Of a DNA stretch of 64,000 bases, positions 37,326 to 50,549 are shown one piece after another. A model generated the notes under the pieces. The model had not been told where the DNA came from, made no database searches, and saw only the letters and a list, made by a program, of their open reading frames with translations. A program made the translations under genes and the position numbers. The stretch covers positions 72,168,001 to 72,232,000 of the forward strand of contig NC_042999.1 of NCBI RefSeq assembly GCF_006345805.1, read 5' to 3'. The stretch comes from Octopus sinensis (lineage: Eukaryota). The stretch's first letter is position 1. Every line of letters begins with the position of its first letter.

Positions 37326-37550
37326 CCAGACCGGGCGTTGTGAGTGTTTATTGAGCGAAAACACCTAAAACTCCACGATGCTCACGATGCTCAGGGAGTA
37401 CATCAATGCGAGGAACCGCATTGTACTCTTTGGCCACAACCTTCTCTCACTCTTTCTTCTATTGGCCTGCCCGCTTAGCCAGCAGGGTGGAGTCGTTTCA
37501 AGGCTAAAACAATGCGAAGCGCATTGTGACCAGCGATATGTAGTAACATA
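37322..37550 (+). mobile_element. SINE family D, head lost, with an internal replacement
   Basis: gttgtgagtgtttattgagcgaaaacacctaaa and gtactcttt...ttctctcactctt match 43575-43768 (minus strand). Confidence 0.7.
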
Positions 37551-37979
37551 TATGCATGTATGAATATGTGTTCAAAATATTACTTTTATTTAAGAAACTG
37601 CTAACTTAAAGCTATGAGAATATATTCGTATCTCTTTGCACCCTCCTCCCCGTTAGTTATGTGTAGTAGAAGAATAATTTTCCACTATCTCCGACGTGGA
37701 TATGCTGAAAGGAAATTTCTGCAGTGGAGGTAGGAAAAGTTAACAATAAAACATTTATAAATGCGTACGCCAGACACCCACGCGCGAACGGACACACATA
37801 CACGCACACATACACACGCAAACACACAGACACGCACATACGCATACGCCCAAACGCGCGCACACAGAAGACCATTTTCATATACGAGGCTAGGGGCACA
37901 CATCCGCACACATATATAAGCACACTCACATGCACTCAGTTATAAGTATGCATAAATACTTTGTACACACACACATACA

Positions 37980-38433
37980 TGTATACACTTATGTGTTACT
38001 TATCCAATATCACTTAATTTATCTTTCACACTGACTTCCTTATACGCACACTTAACTCCCAATCGCTCTAAACACGCATGCACATTCACACACATACATA
38101 CATACATACATACATACATACATACACACACACATACATACATACATACATACATACATACATACATACATACATACATACATACATAGATGTATACATA
38201 AAAAGAAGAGAATGAGAGAGAGACAGTGAGAGAGAGAGAGAAATACGAATGATTACACACACACACATGCACATACACACATATACACACACATACACTC
38301 ATACATATACATGTATACACTTATGTGTTACTTATCCAATATCAATTTATCTTTCGCACTGTCTTCCTATATGCACACTTAACTCCCAATCGTTCTATAC
38401 ACGCGTACAGATTCACATGCAGACATACATACA

Positions 38434-38519
<86 letters not shown>

Positions 38520-38750
38520 CATATATATATATACATATATATATATACATACATATATATATACATATATATATACATACATATATATATATATATATGT
38601 ATATATGTGTGTGTATGTACATGTCTGTGTGTGTGTGTATGTACATGTCTGTGTGTGTGTGCGTGTGTATATATTCATATATATAATGTGTACATAAATA
38701 AGGGAAGAAACTGAGAGAGAAACGCGAATGATTACACACACACACACACA
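37980..38750. repeat. Old tandem duplication whose units differ mainly in microsatellite length
   Basis: atgtatacacttatgtgttacttatccaatatca at about 37980 and 38310; cgaatgattacacac at about 38246 and 38726. Confidence 0.8.
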
Positions 38751-41278
38751 TATTATACATGATTAGAACTTGGTGAGATAGGGGCGAAAATCGATGAAAC
38801 CATCTGAAATTGAGTGCAGGTGAGAAAGCGATTGTGTGTAAAAGCGACAATAGAGGATCAAGCACGTGCTGTCCATAACCACCACCGCTACAAATGGCAG
38901 TAAAGGCAAGCATGACATAATTACAAAGAAACCAGTTACTTCTGTAAAATTCGTATTTTAGGAAAGCATTACCGACATTATTTTTTGAACATGCTAGGAG
39001 CTGATTTGGTTTTATCTCTGTACTAATATAACCTCGCTGATGATGTGGTAGGTCGCTTTAACTCCAACACAGAGCTCCCTGCAGTGTTGTTTGTTATATA
39101 ATCTTCAACCTGTGCAGTAAAAGAAAAGGAACTCTGAAGCAGCCATACATTTCATTCAAACTCTGTGACCACTTTGGTATGAACATTAACGTTCAAGTAG
39201 TAACATTTCAACATCACGTTTGTATTGTTCAAACAGTTGTCAATTTGAATACGGTAATATAAATATATACTTCACCTAGAAACTGAAGATAAAATCATCT
39301 ACAGTGAACTGACGAGGGATCCATTGGTACTGTAGCCAGCGATTAAATTCTCAGTATACACTTCTTCCTCAGCACATGGTGCATTGTGAAGCAATGAAAC
39401 AAATAGCTAGCGTAAAACATTGGTGATATTCTCTATAAAAAACCTTCTAAAACGTATCCAGCATAATCAATTCGTAGTTGATACAGTGAAGACTTATAAA
39501 CGCTTTAATGAATCTATATTTGATTTTAGTGAGACTAAGACATATGAACTTGTGGCTTGAATGTTCTACTCATAATTATCGTGTCGTGAGTTCAAGTCTC
39601 GGGTTTGGCAAGGCACACCAATTTATGTTGTTATATTTCACTTAGTTATAATGAGAACCCATGGGGTGCTGGCGTGACCCACTTTTACTCTAGCTGCCAC
39701 ATTCAATATATCCCACTGAATAAAGTATGATGGCACTGTGATGGCTGATCTCATCTTACGGCTACATAGACTCCTAAAACCAATTAGTTAAACCAAGTTA
39801 CATGTTATCAAGCCACAGTCGCACACCAATGAGTGTTGGTTGTTGTCGAGAGTCGTTTACAAATCTGATGCATACTTACATGTACACCTAGAGTACACAC
39901 AAAGCAATCTATCATTATATTTAAGAGTCATCTGAGGTTAAAACAGGCAAGTATAGACTGTTTCTAATATTGGCCGGCCATATATTAGATGTAAAATGTC
40001 ATTGAAAACTAACTGGGATAATTATCAGTACTACATTGTAATAAAACTTGATAACAGGTTCATATTTGAGTCTGTACAGACTGGTACACGAGTTTTTATT
40101 GCTAAATATGTACATAATGCTGAACGTATTTAGATTAAAATACATAAAGCTTTTGAAAGTTCAGTGTAGAACTCAATTACAATGAAATTACAATGAAAAA
40201 GGCTACAAAAAGCATAGATGTTTAGCACAAAAAAAAAATTTAATATGTTTACCGGGGAATTAGACAGGCAAAAGTGTAAGGCGGTCTATATCATCACCTA
40301 TCACTACTTGAAATGGCTTCGGGTTATCATAACAAAGATGGACAAAGATGTTAGAAGAGATAAGGAGGACGGAAAATAAAGTTAGCACATATAAACTTGA
40401 CAGATATACCACTTAGATTTCTCACACTTGGAAACATGAATGATTTCGCCGTATATATGATACAAATAACTAGTGATTATCATGTAAACCGACAAGACAG
40501 AAATATATTTTAAACTATAGCAACAGATAATAGAGATCATACGCGCATAGATCACACCTTTCTAGTAACCACCTCAGAAGTTTAACTATGTACTACTTTT
40601 CTATGAGGTAGTTTAGCATGAACCGACTGTAATACATAGTTGTATAAAGAAGCTGGTGTTAACGAATGAAGAAAATAAACGATTTATCTAACTGGTAAGC
40701 AATTTCTTTCTCCCTTTTTTCTTCTGCCATTCGTTCATTCCTTCCTTCTTTCTTTCCTTTTTCCTTCCGTCATTCATTCATTCGTTTCTTTCTCCCTTCC
40801 TTCAACCTACGTTGGGTGTTCCCATTCTTCCGCCTTTCTTTCCTTTTTTCGTTGCTTTCCTTTTCATTCGTTTTTTCTTTACTTCCTACATTCCACAAGA
40901 TTTATAGACATGCATGCGCTTATATTTATGCACATACATACTACCTAGTTACAGCTCACTATACCCACCATTAATATACGATCATTCATACCTACGTACA
41001 TAAAGCATACAATCAGACAGATCACACCAACGAAGTAGACTCTACATGGTCGCTTGACCTGCTAGACAGAGCAGCAAATCTCTTGCGAATCTCAGCACAC
41101 GTTTAAAAATTGGAAAGAATATTGGAAAATGTAGTTCTAGCAATCTCTAAAAACACCCGTGTGTCACAGCTGAAACGTCTTCAATACTAAGTCTGCCAGA
41201 TCAGGAATGACTTGCGCTAAACATCAATAATAGTACACTTCACTTGCACGTATACATATATATATATAAATTATATAT

Positions 41279-41416
<138 letters not shown>

Positions 41417-42173
41417 CTATATATATATATACCACATACATATATAAACATTCCCAAATATACGCATACATATATACGCATACACAAAGTGGGAATGGAT
41501 GCTTCAAGGCCCTATATTAAGTATGTCACGTTCAATACATTTTCAATGCCTAACTGGGTTACATTTGGATTTTTTGATTAAACACAGGAACTTAATGAAA
41601 TGGAAGAACTCTGAAGTGGATCAACTTTACAGCAAATTTCAACAGCAATGGGGGATTACACGTATTATATTTCCAACACAAGAAGAGCTGCCATAGCCCC
41701 AAACTGCATTAACGTCATAGAAAAGCTTGAGTTAAAACACTTCAGCAACCTCTCCACTCGAGGAAAGAAGCCCAGCAATGTTTTTGACTACTCTTACGAG
41801 TATTAAAATAAAAATTTTATTAAGAAAGCGAATTAATTTGGGTCGCATATAAACTAAAATTTCACACGGAGCTCTTTTCAAGGAACTTTGGAAAATGCTA
41901 ATTAATATTACAGTAATATCAATACAAGCTCACCGAGAAGGAGACTGTTGATAAAATGAACCCTACAAAAGCCTTGCAATAGTGCACTAACAATTTTATA
42001 ACGTTGTACATTGACGATTACTGTCATGTAACGTTGGGGCAAAATTCTCCAGCTTACATTTGATCTTTAATACACTCACAAACACGATTTTAATTCATAC
42101 ATACATACATACGCACACACATACGCACACACACACGCACACACGATCATACAGACATACATGAACACGCACG

Positions 42174-42210
<37 letters not shown>

Positions 42211-42229
42211 ATATACATTACAATGGTAT

Positions 42230-42780
42230 TAGTGCCAAGCAGTGTTTAGGCATAAGCGAACTTTAGATCGTTTAAAACATGTTTGTGACATATTTTGACT
42301 TCTAAAGGTAAATTTACTGAAGAAAAATTTACTATGAAGAAAAATTCTCTCTTAGTGTAAAAAGGTGAAAAAACATCATATCTACCCAGTGCTGCCTTCC
42401 TTCGGATTCCCAGAAGTGTTTCTAGCCCTTTAGCCGTTATCAATGGGAAATACCAAAAATAGGCAACGCTGGACAAACTTAATTCAAGCCGTTGCTTAAA
42501 CTAAAACACAGTAAAAAAAAAAGTGACTCAGTTACACCATTAAAACCTCAGGTCGAAGTAAATATACAGCAGTGTCAGCGCCAAGTAGTGTTTATGTATA
42601 AACGAACTTTAGGCTAGTTAAAAATATGTTTCTGCCATATTTCAACTTCTAAAGCAAATTCATTGCAGTTACTGTTGAGAAAAAAGTTCCCTCTTATGTT
42701 AAAAAGTGTAAAAACACCATATCTGTCTAATTCTGACCCCTGTCGGATTCCAAGAAGCGTTCGTATCTCTTTAACCGTTC
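42230..42780. repeat. Diverged ~205-bp direct repeat, period about 348 bp
   Basis: gccaag.agtgttta...cgaactttag...aaaacatcatatct...cggattcc.agaag occurs twice. Confidence 0.65.
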
Positions 42781-43574
42781 ACACACATACACAAACACAC
42801 ACTTAAACACACACGTACACACACATATACACACACATACGCACGCGCACACGCACACACGAACACACAAACACTCGCAAAAACATACAAGCGCATACTC
42901 ACACACGCACGCACAGATTTATAAATTCCACATACGCCTACATTTGAAATACCAGGCACGTCGTCAGGGTGGTATCTCCTAGTGACTAGGTGTTTCGGTT
43001 CTAAAGTAATTTGATATGATATTCAACCGGATCCTTACCTTCAAAAATGAAAAATATGAAGTCGAAATTACTTAAAAATAAATATTAGCGTGAAGTCCGA
43101 AAGAGTTGAGTAAATCAGTATAATGTTGTTCACTCTGGCAATATTTTGTAACAGTAACAATGATGTCCACCTGTCATAAGAGACGTGTCATAAGTGTCAT
43201 TTCACTTCTCTTCACATGCAATTACAGATTTCGTTGTTATCGTTGTTGTTGTTGTTGTTGTTGTTCTTCTTCTTCTTCCTCTTCTTCTTCTTCCAACCAG
43301 GACTCACGTCATTAGCCACAAAGAATAATCTCTAATTCGAGCCTACTCTAAGCTACTAAGAATGCGGGTGGCAACTTGAAGATCCACCCACCACACGCGA
43401 TAGACTGGCGGTTGAACGGGCGCGAGAGCTACATTATTATCCTCATTCCGTAAACGGTAGCTTTTAACGGGTGGAGAGCTGAACCATCCTGGGGTACAGA
43501 GGATTCGCAATCTAAACTAGGGTGTGAAAGCTTACCACACCATAGTGGGTTACACCATGGTTCTTCTGCTTTGT

Positions 43575-43768
43575 GGCAGAAGTAGGAAGTAAGAGTGAGA
43601 GAATATTGTGGTGAAAGAGTACAGCGAGGTTCACCGTCCCGCGCCGGAGCCTCGTGGAGCTTAGGTGTTTTTGCTCAATTAACACTCACAATGTCCGTTC
43701 TGGGAATCGAACCCGCTTGCTTACGACCGCGAGTCCGCTGCCCTAACCACTGGGCCATTTCGCATCCA
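43575..43768 (-). mobile_element. SINE family D (tRNA-derived)
   Basis: Minus strand has A box tggcccagtgg and B box ggttcgattccc. Confidence 0.8.
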
Positions 43769-45900
43769 CTATTGTTGTTGTTGTTGTCGTCGTCGTTGTT
43801 GTTGTTCTCCTCCTCCTCTTCCTCGTACTTCTTCTTCTTACCTACGACAGCGCTGATCTTGTAGACGATCGATCGAAAACATTGCAACGGTAAACATCTT
43901 GTATTTAATTATTTCATACACGGTGCATCTTTAACTACATAATTCAACGTGTCTTCTTTTAATATAGTAGGACAAAATTCAGGGGGAAAAATACTGGCTG
44001 CTTTTTCTAGAAGTCTAAGTGACCATACCGAAACTTGTATTGGCTCCTATAGATACCGATGTCATATTGTAGGTACATTAACGTATTAACCAATTTTTAC
44101 ATAAACCAAATGAAAATCACTTCTTAATTTCCCACATCATAAAGTACATGTAACAAAAAGTGTGATTCTTTAAAACTATTACCTTTTATCCCTGAAAAAC
44201 AATCATAGATATGGTTTATGCATTAATAAATTCCTTGAAAACATCAAAAGCGAAGTCGCTGTAATCTGAAGAAAATATTTCTAATATGCTCCGTCACTAT
44301 TTTCTATCTAAAAGCTCTTCCCGAAATATTACATACTTCCACTTTTCATGTGACATCGACAAACGGTATTTATTGCTTTTTTCTTAAATTAGTCCTTCTC
44401 ACCACAGGCAATAAATAAATAAATAAAAATAAAGAGAGAGAAAAATGCAGGAATTCTTGTGTCTATATTGCACTAAATTAATACTTTTTGACATAGATCT
44501 ACTCCAGTCTCAACATATTCTAGAGACTATATCATACTAAATGGACCATATTCAACAGAGACCAACACTAGTCTCTAAAAATGGCAGTGATTATATAGTA
44601 CTAAAGAACCAGATTGTAAAACTGCCAATCTCTAAAATGGTTCATTTTGGCGTTCTCTGTTTCGTTTTAATCTCTCGCTCTTGCAGGGTTTTTTTCTTTT
44701 CCATCTTCCAGTCTCTTTCAATTCATCTTTTTTTTTCCTTTCTTTCTAATCTGACTTGCTTTCAGAACTAACTAATAAGAATGTCAACTTATCCGTGCCA
44801 ACCTTTAATTCGGCAAGGGAAGAATTATGCTTGATATTAATAATTACAATGCCACTGTCGTTCCTGCCATTTCAAATAACATGCTTTCCCCTACACACAT
44901 ACATGTGCGAAGACTTAATCACACATGAGCATACACTAACAAACGTACACATGGAAGCGTGCTCGCACATCATGATCACAGACAGAGAGAAAACGCGAGA
45001 CAACGCACGAACATGTCTACACAACGTCACACGAAAGCTCGTACATCTAAGTGTACAAACATACACATACATACCAAACCACACGCGCACACAGAAGTAC
45101 ACCCTTCACACAAAATACCACACATACTTAAACTCTCATGTATACATAAACATGCACACAAACAACACATACGCACCAAAACAAAATATATACAGTTTTA
45201 CAATGGAGAATGTAAACTGACATTATGTATGAATGTATGTGTATGTATAATATATATATATATATGTATGTATGTATGTGTATACATGTACATGCAGGTG
45301 TATGTATGTGTGCATATGTGTGTATGTATATATATATATATGTTTATGTGTGTTTTTATGTACGTACATGTGTATATTTGTGTGTTTGTGTGTGTGTATA
45401 CGTGTATCTGTGTATATATGTATATATACTTTATATGAGTATGCATAAATGAGTATGTGTGTAAGCAGGCATAAGCACAGTATGGCCGAATAGTTAATTT
45501 CACTTCGTAACCAAGGTTCCAGGTTCATTCCCTCTACGCGTCATATTGGCTAAATGTTATTTACCCATATCTTGTAAGAGAAACTGCGTAATTTAAAGGT
45601 ACAACCTCATCACGAACTCTCTCGCGTTGATTCTGTCTGATAACTATATTTAGGATAGGCCTATCTGTGGAATACTCAGCCACCTAAAACCTAATTCTGA
45701 TGTAAAGCATTTTATTGTCTCACCTAGTTCCTTGCGTTCTGAGTTCAAATCTCGTCGAGGTTTATCTTGTTTTTACTGACGCTTTCTCAGCATGGCCACG
45801 ATTTTGAGGTGAAATACATACAAAAAATAACAGAATCCTCATCCTCGAGAAGGACAGTTAATATATAACTGTCGTCGTAATCGACTGAGTGCCAGTTTAC

Positions 45901-45931
<31 letters not shown>

Positions 45932-45940
45932 ATATATACA

Positions 45941-45998
45941 TATTTATATTATATAGAGGGTACTATTATTCATAAGTACCCTCTATATAATATAAATA
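45941..45998. repeat. Perfect 24-bp inverted repeat with 10-nt loop
   Basis: 45941-45964 pairs with 45975-45998; agggtac/gtaccct motif resembles the ends of 46167-46280. Confidence 0.9.
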
Positions 45999-46166
45999 AA
46001 TATTTTCAAAGTGGAAAAATTTACAGATTTTTTCTCTTACACGCTAACTACTGATAATTTCTTATAAAGATTTTATCCTTAATTTTAAATTTATATATAT
46101 ACATATATATAATTTACTGTTCCGTGATAGAAGATTCAACAAAAAAGAACTCCATCTGGTGAGAGA

Positions 46167-46280
46167 TAGATATTATTTATTTAAAGGGCATAATATATGT
46201 ATTAATGCGCTACTAATAGTTTCATAAGAAACTATTAGTAGTGTATTGATACGTGTATTGTACCCTTTAAATAATATCTA
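46167..46280. repeat. ~55-bp-arm hairpin (MITE-like) with 4-nt loop
   Basis: Core ctactaatagtttc-ataa-gaaactattagtag extends to tagatatt/aatatcta. Confidence 0.88.
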
Positions 46281-46330
46281 TATATATATATATATATATA
46301 TTAAGTAACGAGTAGATGGATTTGGTATTA

Positions 46331-46456
46331 AACTTTATTCTGACAACATTCGTTTCGACCAGTCCTAGAATTGTCTTTTATAAGTTGGATGCTGTTCAAC
46401 ATGTTGTGTTGCATCTATTTTGCGGTCTGGGTCTCATCAGGTACATCTATAAAGTT
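46331..46456 (-). ncRNA. Penelope-type hammerhead ribozyme candidate in a ~280-bp non-coding element (about 46290-46572)
   Basis: Minus strand: CTGATGA (46440-46434); stem II gacc/ggtc, extendable; GAAAC (46356-46352); 2-bp stem III; split stem I (ac/gt plus aactttat/ataaagtt); AATAAA just downstream. Confidence 0.6.
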
Positions 46457-46574
46457 GTGTCTCACAAAAGATCTTTAATATGATAAGACCACGGATGACA
46501 ACAGGTAGCCTAAACTGTTCCAGTGCTCTACTCAACACTTAAACACATTAATCGACTTATGTCTATTAGCCCAA

Positions 46575-46607
<33 letters not shown>

Positions 46608-46673
46608 ATTATCATTATTTTTATTTTTATTATTATTTTTATTATTATTATTATTACTATTATTATTATTATG

Positions 46674-46915
46674 GAGTGAGAGAGCGATCCATGGTATCAA
46701 AGTGACACTGGGGTAAAATATACGAAGCCCATATACCCATCATGACTACCCGTCTGATGAGGGTACACCAGGCACTTGCATCGCAACCATATGTGCGCAA
46801 CATAGTGAACTCATATCATGATATACTGCGCATGATCCTGCAGGTGGGGCCCAGTTAGAATTTTCTTCGGGTCGTGTAGCCCATCCCGCTCACAAGGTCC
46901 CTGAATAAGAGTTGT
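46674..46915 (-). mobile_element. ~555-bp (TAA)n-flanked element, partial copy 1
   Basis: Matches the first 240 bp of 50550-51104; strand inferred from co-orientation with the Dong-like copies. Confidence 0.8.
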
Positions 46916-47366
46916 ATGGACAAAGAATAAGTCCTGAAGTCGATTTGTTTGACTAAAGGCTCTGCTCCAGCATGGCCGAAGTCAAAAGGCTGAAACAAGT
47001 AAAAGAGTAAAAGAGTATATGAAGTTTTTAAAATTTACTGGAGATGATCTTTTCTCTGTCCGAACAGAGAAAACTGTAGTGTTCTTGGAATAAAGAGTAT
47101 GTTTACATTTTCGAATACTCAGGGGAATAAAAATGATAGGTATTCACAGAAGGTTTTATATTAAAGGTTTTATAGCTGATTGTTTATGTGTTCGAAATCT
47201 GTAGATACGTAAGTCACTTAACTTATTTTGAGGGAAATACAAAATGCTCACAGGAAACTGTAGATAGTCCAGTCTTTTAGAGTTATGTTTTTAGTTGTCC
47301 TGCTGGGTTGTATTAGTGTTTCTGTGTCTTCAGGTCAGATCAGCGAAGAACACGTCCAGCCGCCTA

Positions 47367-47418
<52 letters not shown>

Positions 47419-47607
47419 GTTGTTATTATTATTATCATTATTATTATTATTATACGTTCTCAGTTCAAACCGAAGTCGACTTTGCCTTTCATCCTTTCGG
47501 GGTCGATAATTTAAGTACCAGTGAAATACTGATATCGATGTAATCGACTAGTCCCCACCTCCAACAAATTTCAGGCCTTATGACTATAGTAGAAAAGATT
47601 ATTATTG

Positions 47608-47983
47608 AGTTAGAATTTTCTTCTGGTCGAGTAGCCCATCCTGCTCAAAAGGTCCTGGAATAAGGATTGTTTAAGGATGTTGAACGAACCACCTATATGT
47701 CCAAACGTGAATTATCCAAACCTCCAAGAATTCCTTTCAACACACGGATATGATGCTCCCCCACTACTTCTGCTAGTGGTCAGAGATTCACATACAGTCA
47801 GCCACTAAGGGACATGCTCAACTGGTTAAGGTCAAACAACTGACAAGTAAATCTGTGGTATTGAGCAGAAAATTTGCTGTAGCCTATCTTTTATACCAAG
47901 ACAAAAAAATGTACATGGTAACACTTCCAATCTGTTAAGATCAGAAGCCATGAGAGTCACTATCTGGTACTGCATCAGGGCAT
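47608..47983 (-). mobile_element. ~555-bp (TAA)n-flanked element, partial copy 2
   Basis: Matches the last 375 bp of 50550-51104. Confidence 0.8.
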
Positions 47984-47992
47984 GTAGAAAGG

Positions 47993-48075
<83 letters not shown>

Positions 48076-50433
48076 CAGCATATGTTTGACTTTTGCTTTA
48101 TATTTGTACAAGTCTCACCCGGAGACTTCAAGAGACAACAGGTTGGAAGTTCACGTTGTCGTTATGCCTAGTGTGCCATATATTTGGTTGTTTTTTGTGT
48201 TGTACTGGTGGATGTCTAAAAAAATATTTGTTTTAAACCTTGAGATTACATAGAAAGTATTTTGCGTAGGATATGAGCAGTTCCCATGAGCACTATCTTT
48301 TGAATTTCTGCCATTTTGGGGTTTCCTGGTATCTGAGTTAGGTAGCTATCAGCCCCTTTTGCTATCATTCCCAGGGCACCTATGACAACAGGTATTGTTT
48401 TAGCCTTCAGGTTCCACATTTTGCTGATTTCTATTTCAAGATCTTTATATTTGCTCAGTTTTGGTAGGTCTTGACAGATACGTTTATATCGATTGGGACA
48501 GTCATATCAATGAGGAGGCATGTTCTTTGTTTGAAGTCTTTCAATATGATGTCTGGCCTATTTGCATCTATCTTTCTGTCAATTTGAATGGTGAAGTTCC
48601 AGAGGAGTGAGATGTGGTCATTTTCAAGCACTGGAGGTGGTTTGTGTTCCCACCAGTTTTTATCATGGGGCAAATCCAGGTTTTTGCAGATTACCCAGTG
48701 AATATATTGTGCAGCTCTATCGTGTCTGTTGAGATACTCTGTAGGCGCTAGAAGACTGCACTTGGAGACCATATGATCAATGGTTTCATTTTGTCGCTGG
48801 CATACACGACACGTTGGACTGCTGCTGATCTTTAATATGTTGGCCTGGTAGTTTCTTGTTGGTAGGCATTGATCTTGAGCTGCTATGATAAACCCCTCTG
48901 TTTCAGATTTTAAGCCAGAGGCCATTAGCCATTGATGGGTCAGGGCTTTGTCAACATCTGCATTATTCGCTCTCTTTGGGTATTTGCCATAGAGAGGTTT
49001 TTCTTGCCATTTATCATTCAGAATATCTAAGGCCGCAGATTTAGCACGGGTTTTCATGCGCTTAGCTTTTTCTGTGCCTGTTTCTTGTATGTCTATCTCT
49101 AATTCCGAAATCTGTTGTATTCGGAATTCACTTAGATATTCTTTTGCCTGTTTTGTGACTGAGTATGATACTTTCTTGTTTTCATGTTTTGAGACAAGTT
49201 TTAACATCCAGTCCTTAGAGTTTTTCAGGTAGGTGTCTAGGCCAATTGTAGCAATCTTCATTGTTATTGCCAGTTGTAAAAGTCCACGGCCTCCCTCTTT
49301 TCTTGGCAGATACAGTCGTTCTGTATCTGCCTTAGGGTGGTGCATTCTATGCATTGTCAACAGTTTTCGTATTTTTCTGTCAAGATTACATATTTCAGTA
49401 ATTGACCAGTTAACGATATTGAAACTGTAAGTCACGACTGGTATGGCTAATGCATTGATCGCTTCGATCCTGTTTCTTGCATTCAGCTCTGTCTTGAGTA
49501 TTGCTCTTACTCTGCGATAACATTCTCTCCTGATCCTTTCCTTCATCTCTGAATGCCTTATTCCGTCTCCTTCAATTACCCCTAGATACTTGTAGTTCTC
49601 CGCTGGGTCTAATTCTTTTATGACATTCTGCTGGTCAAGGTTAACGTTAGATGTTTCTGTCATTTTTCCTTTGATAAAGGTAACTTTTGCACACTTATCG
49701 AGGCCAAATTGCATTCTGATGTCATCACTGAATTGTTTGACAATCGCTAGTAAGCCCTTGAGTTGTTGGTCATTTTTTGCAAAGAGCTTTAAATCATCCA
49801 TGTAAATGAGATGATTTATATTTTTATCAAACATTTTATATCCGTACTGCGCGTCATTGAGCAGTTTTGAGAGAGGTATTAAGGCTAAACAGAAGAGGAG
49901 TGGTGATAGTGAGTCACCCTGGAAAATGCCACATGAAATGTTTACATCACCAGCATTTAGAGATTCATTGTCACTGTTCAAAGTTAGTGTGGTTCTCCAT
50001 GATCTCATACTTACAGACAGAAAGTTTCGCAGAGTAGGTGCTACCTTATACATTTCTAGGCATTTCTTAATCCAGCTATGTGGTAGGCTATCAAAAGCCT
50101 TTTTATAGTCTATCCAGGCTATTGATAAGTTTTTGTGTCGTTTGTGACAATCTTCTAAGATCATCTTATTGATGAGTAGTTGATCTTTACAACCGTAGGA
50201 TCCACGTTTACATCCTTTCTGTTCATTAGGGAATATGCTGCTGTCTGTCAAAAAACTATAGGTATATTTCGTCAGGACAGATGTTGGTGTTTTATACATA
50301 GTTGTTAAGCAGGTTATGGGTCTATAGTTTTTTGGTTCATTTGTTTCTTCATTTTTTGGAAGCAAAAATGTTAACTCATTAACTAGCCAAGGAGGTATCC
50401 TACTAGGGTGTTGCAAAACATCATTGTAAAGTT
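48076..50433 (-). mobile_element. 5'-truncated R4/Dong-like non-LTR retrotransposon between (TAA)n tracts
   Basis: RT and RLE coding sequence; 3' UTR with aagtctc/gagactt stem-loop; TAA repeats at both junctions. Confidence 0.93.
48246..50416 (-). CDS. R4/Dong-like RT-RLE polyprotein, C-terminal ~720 aa, one 1-nt frameshift near 48461
   Basis: 653-aa open frame with NYRPITCL, YKKAFDS, FQGDSLSP, YMDD, CRVC...H...C, RHD, NRPDI and LIDMTVP. Restoring one A continues into KLSKYKDLEIEI...RKILSM-stop at 48246. Confidence 0.9.
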
Positions 50434-50452
50434 ATTATTATTATTATTATTA

Positions 50453-50491
<39 letters not shown>

Positions 50492-50549
50492 CATCTTCAT
50501 CATCATCATCATCATCATTATTATGATGATTATTATTATGATTATTATT

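Noticed and set aside
41499-41760. 65-aa ORF or possible exon
   Set aside because: No recognisable motif, and a stop follows soon after the possible acceptor.
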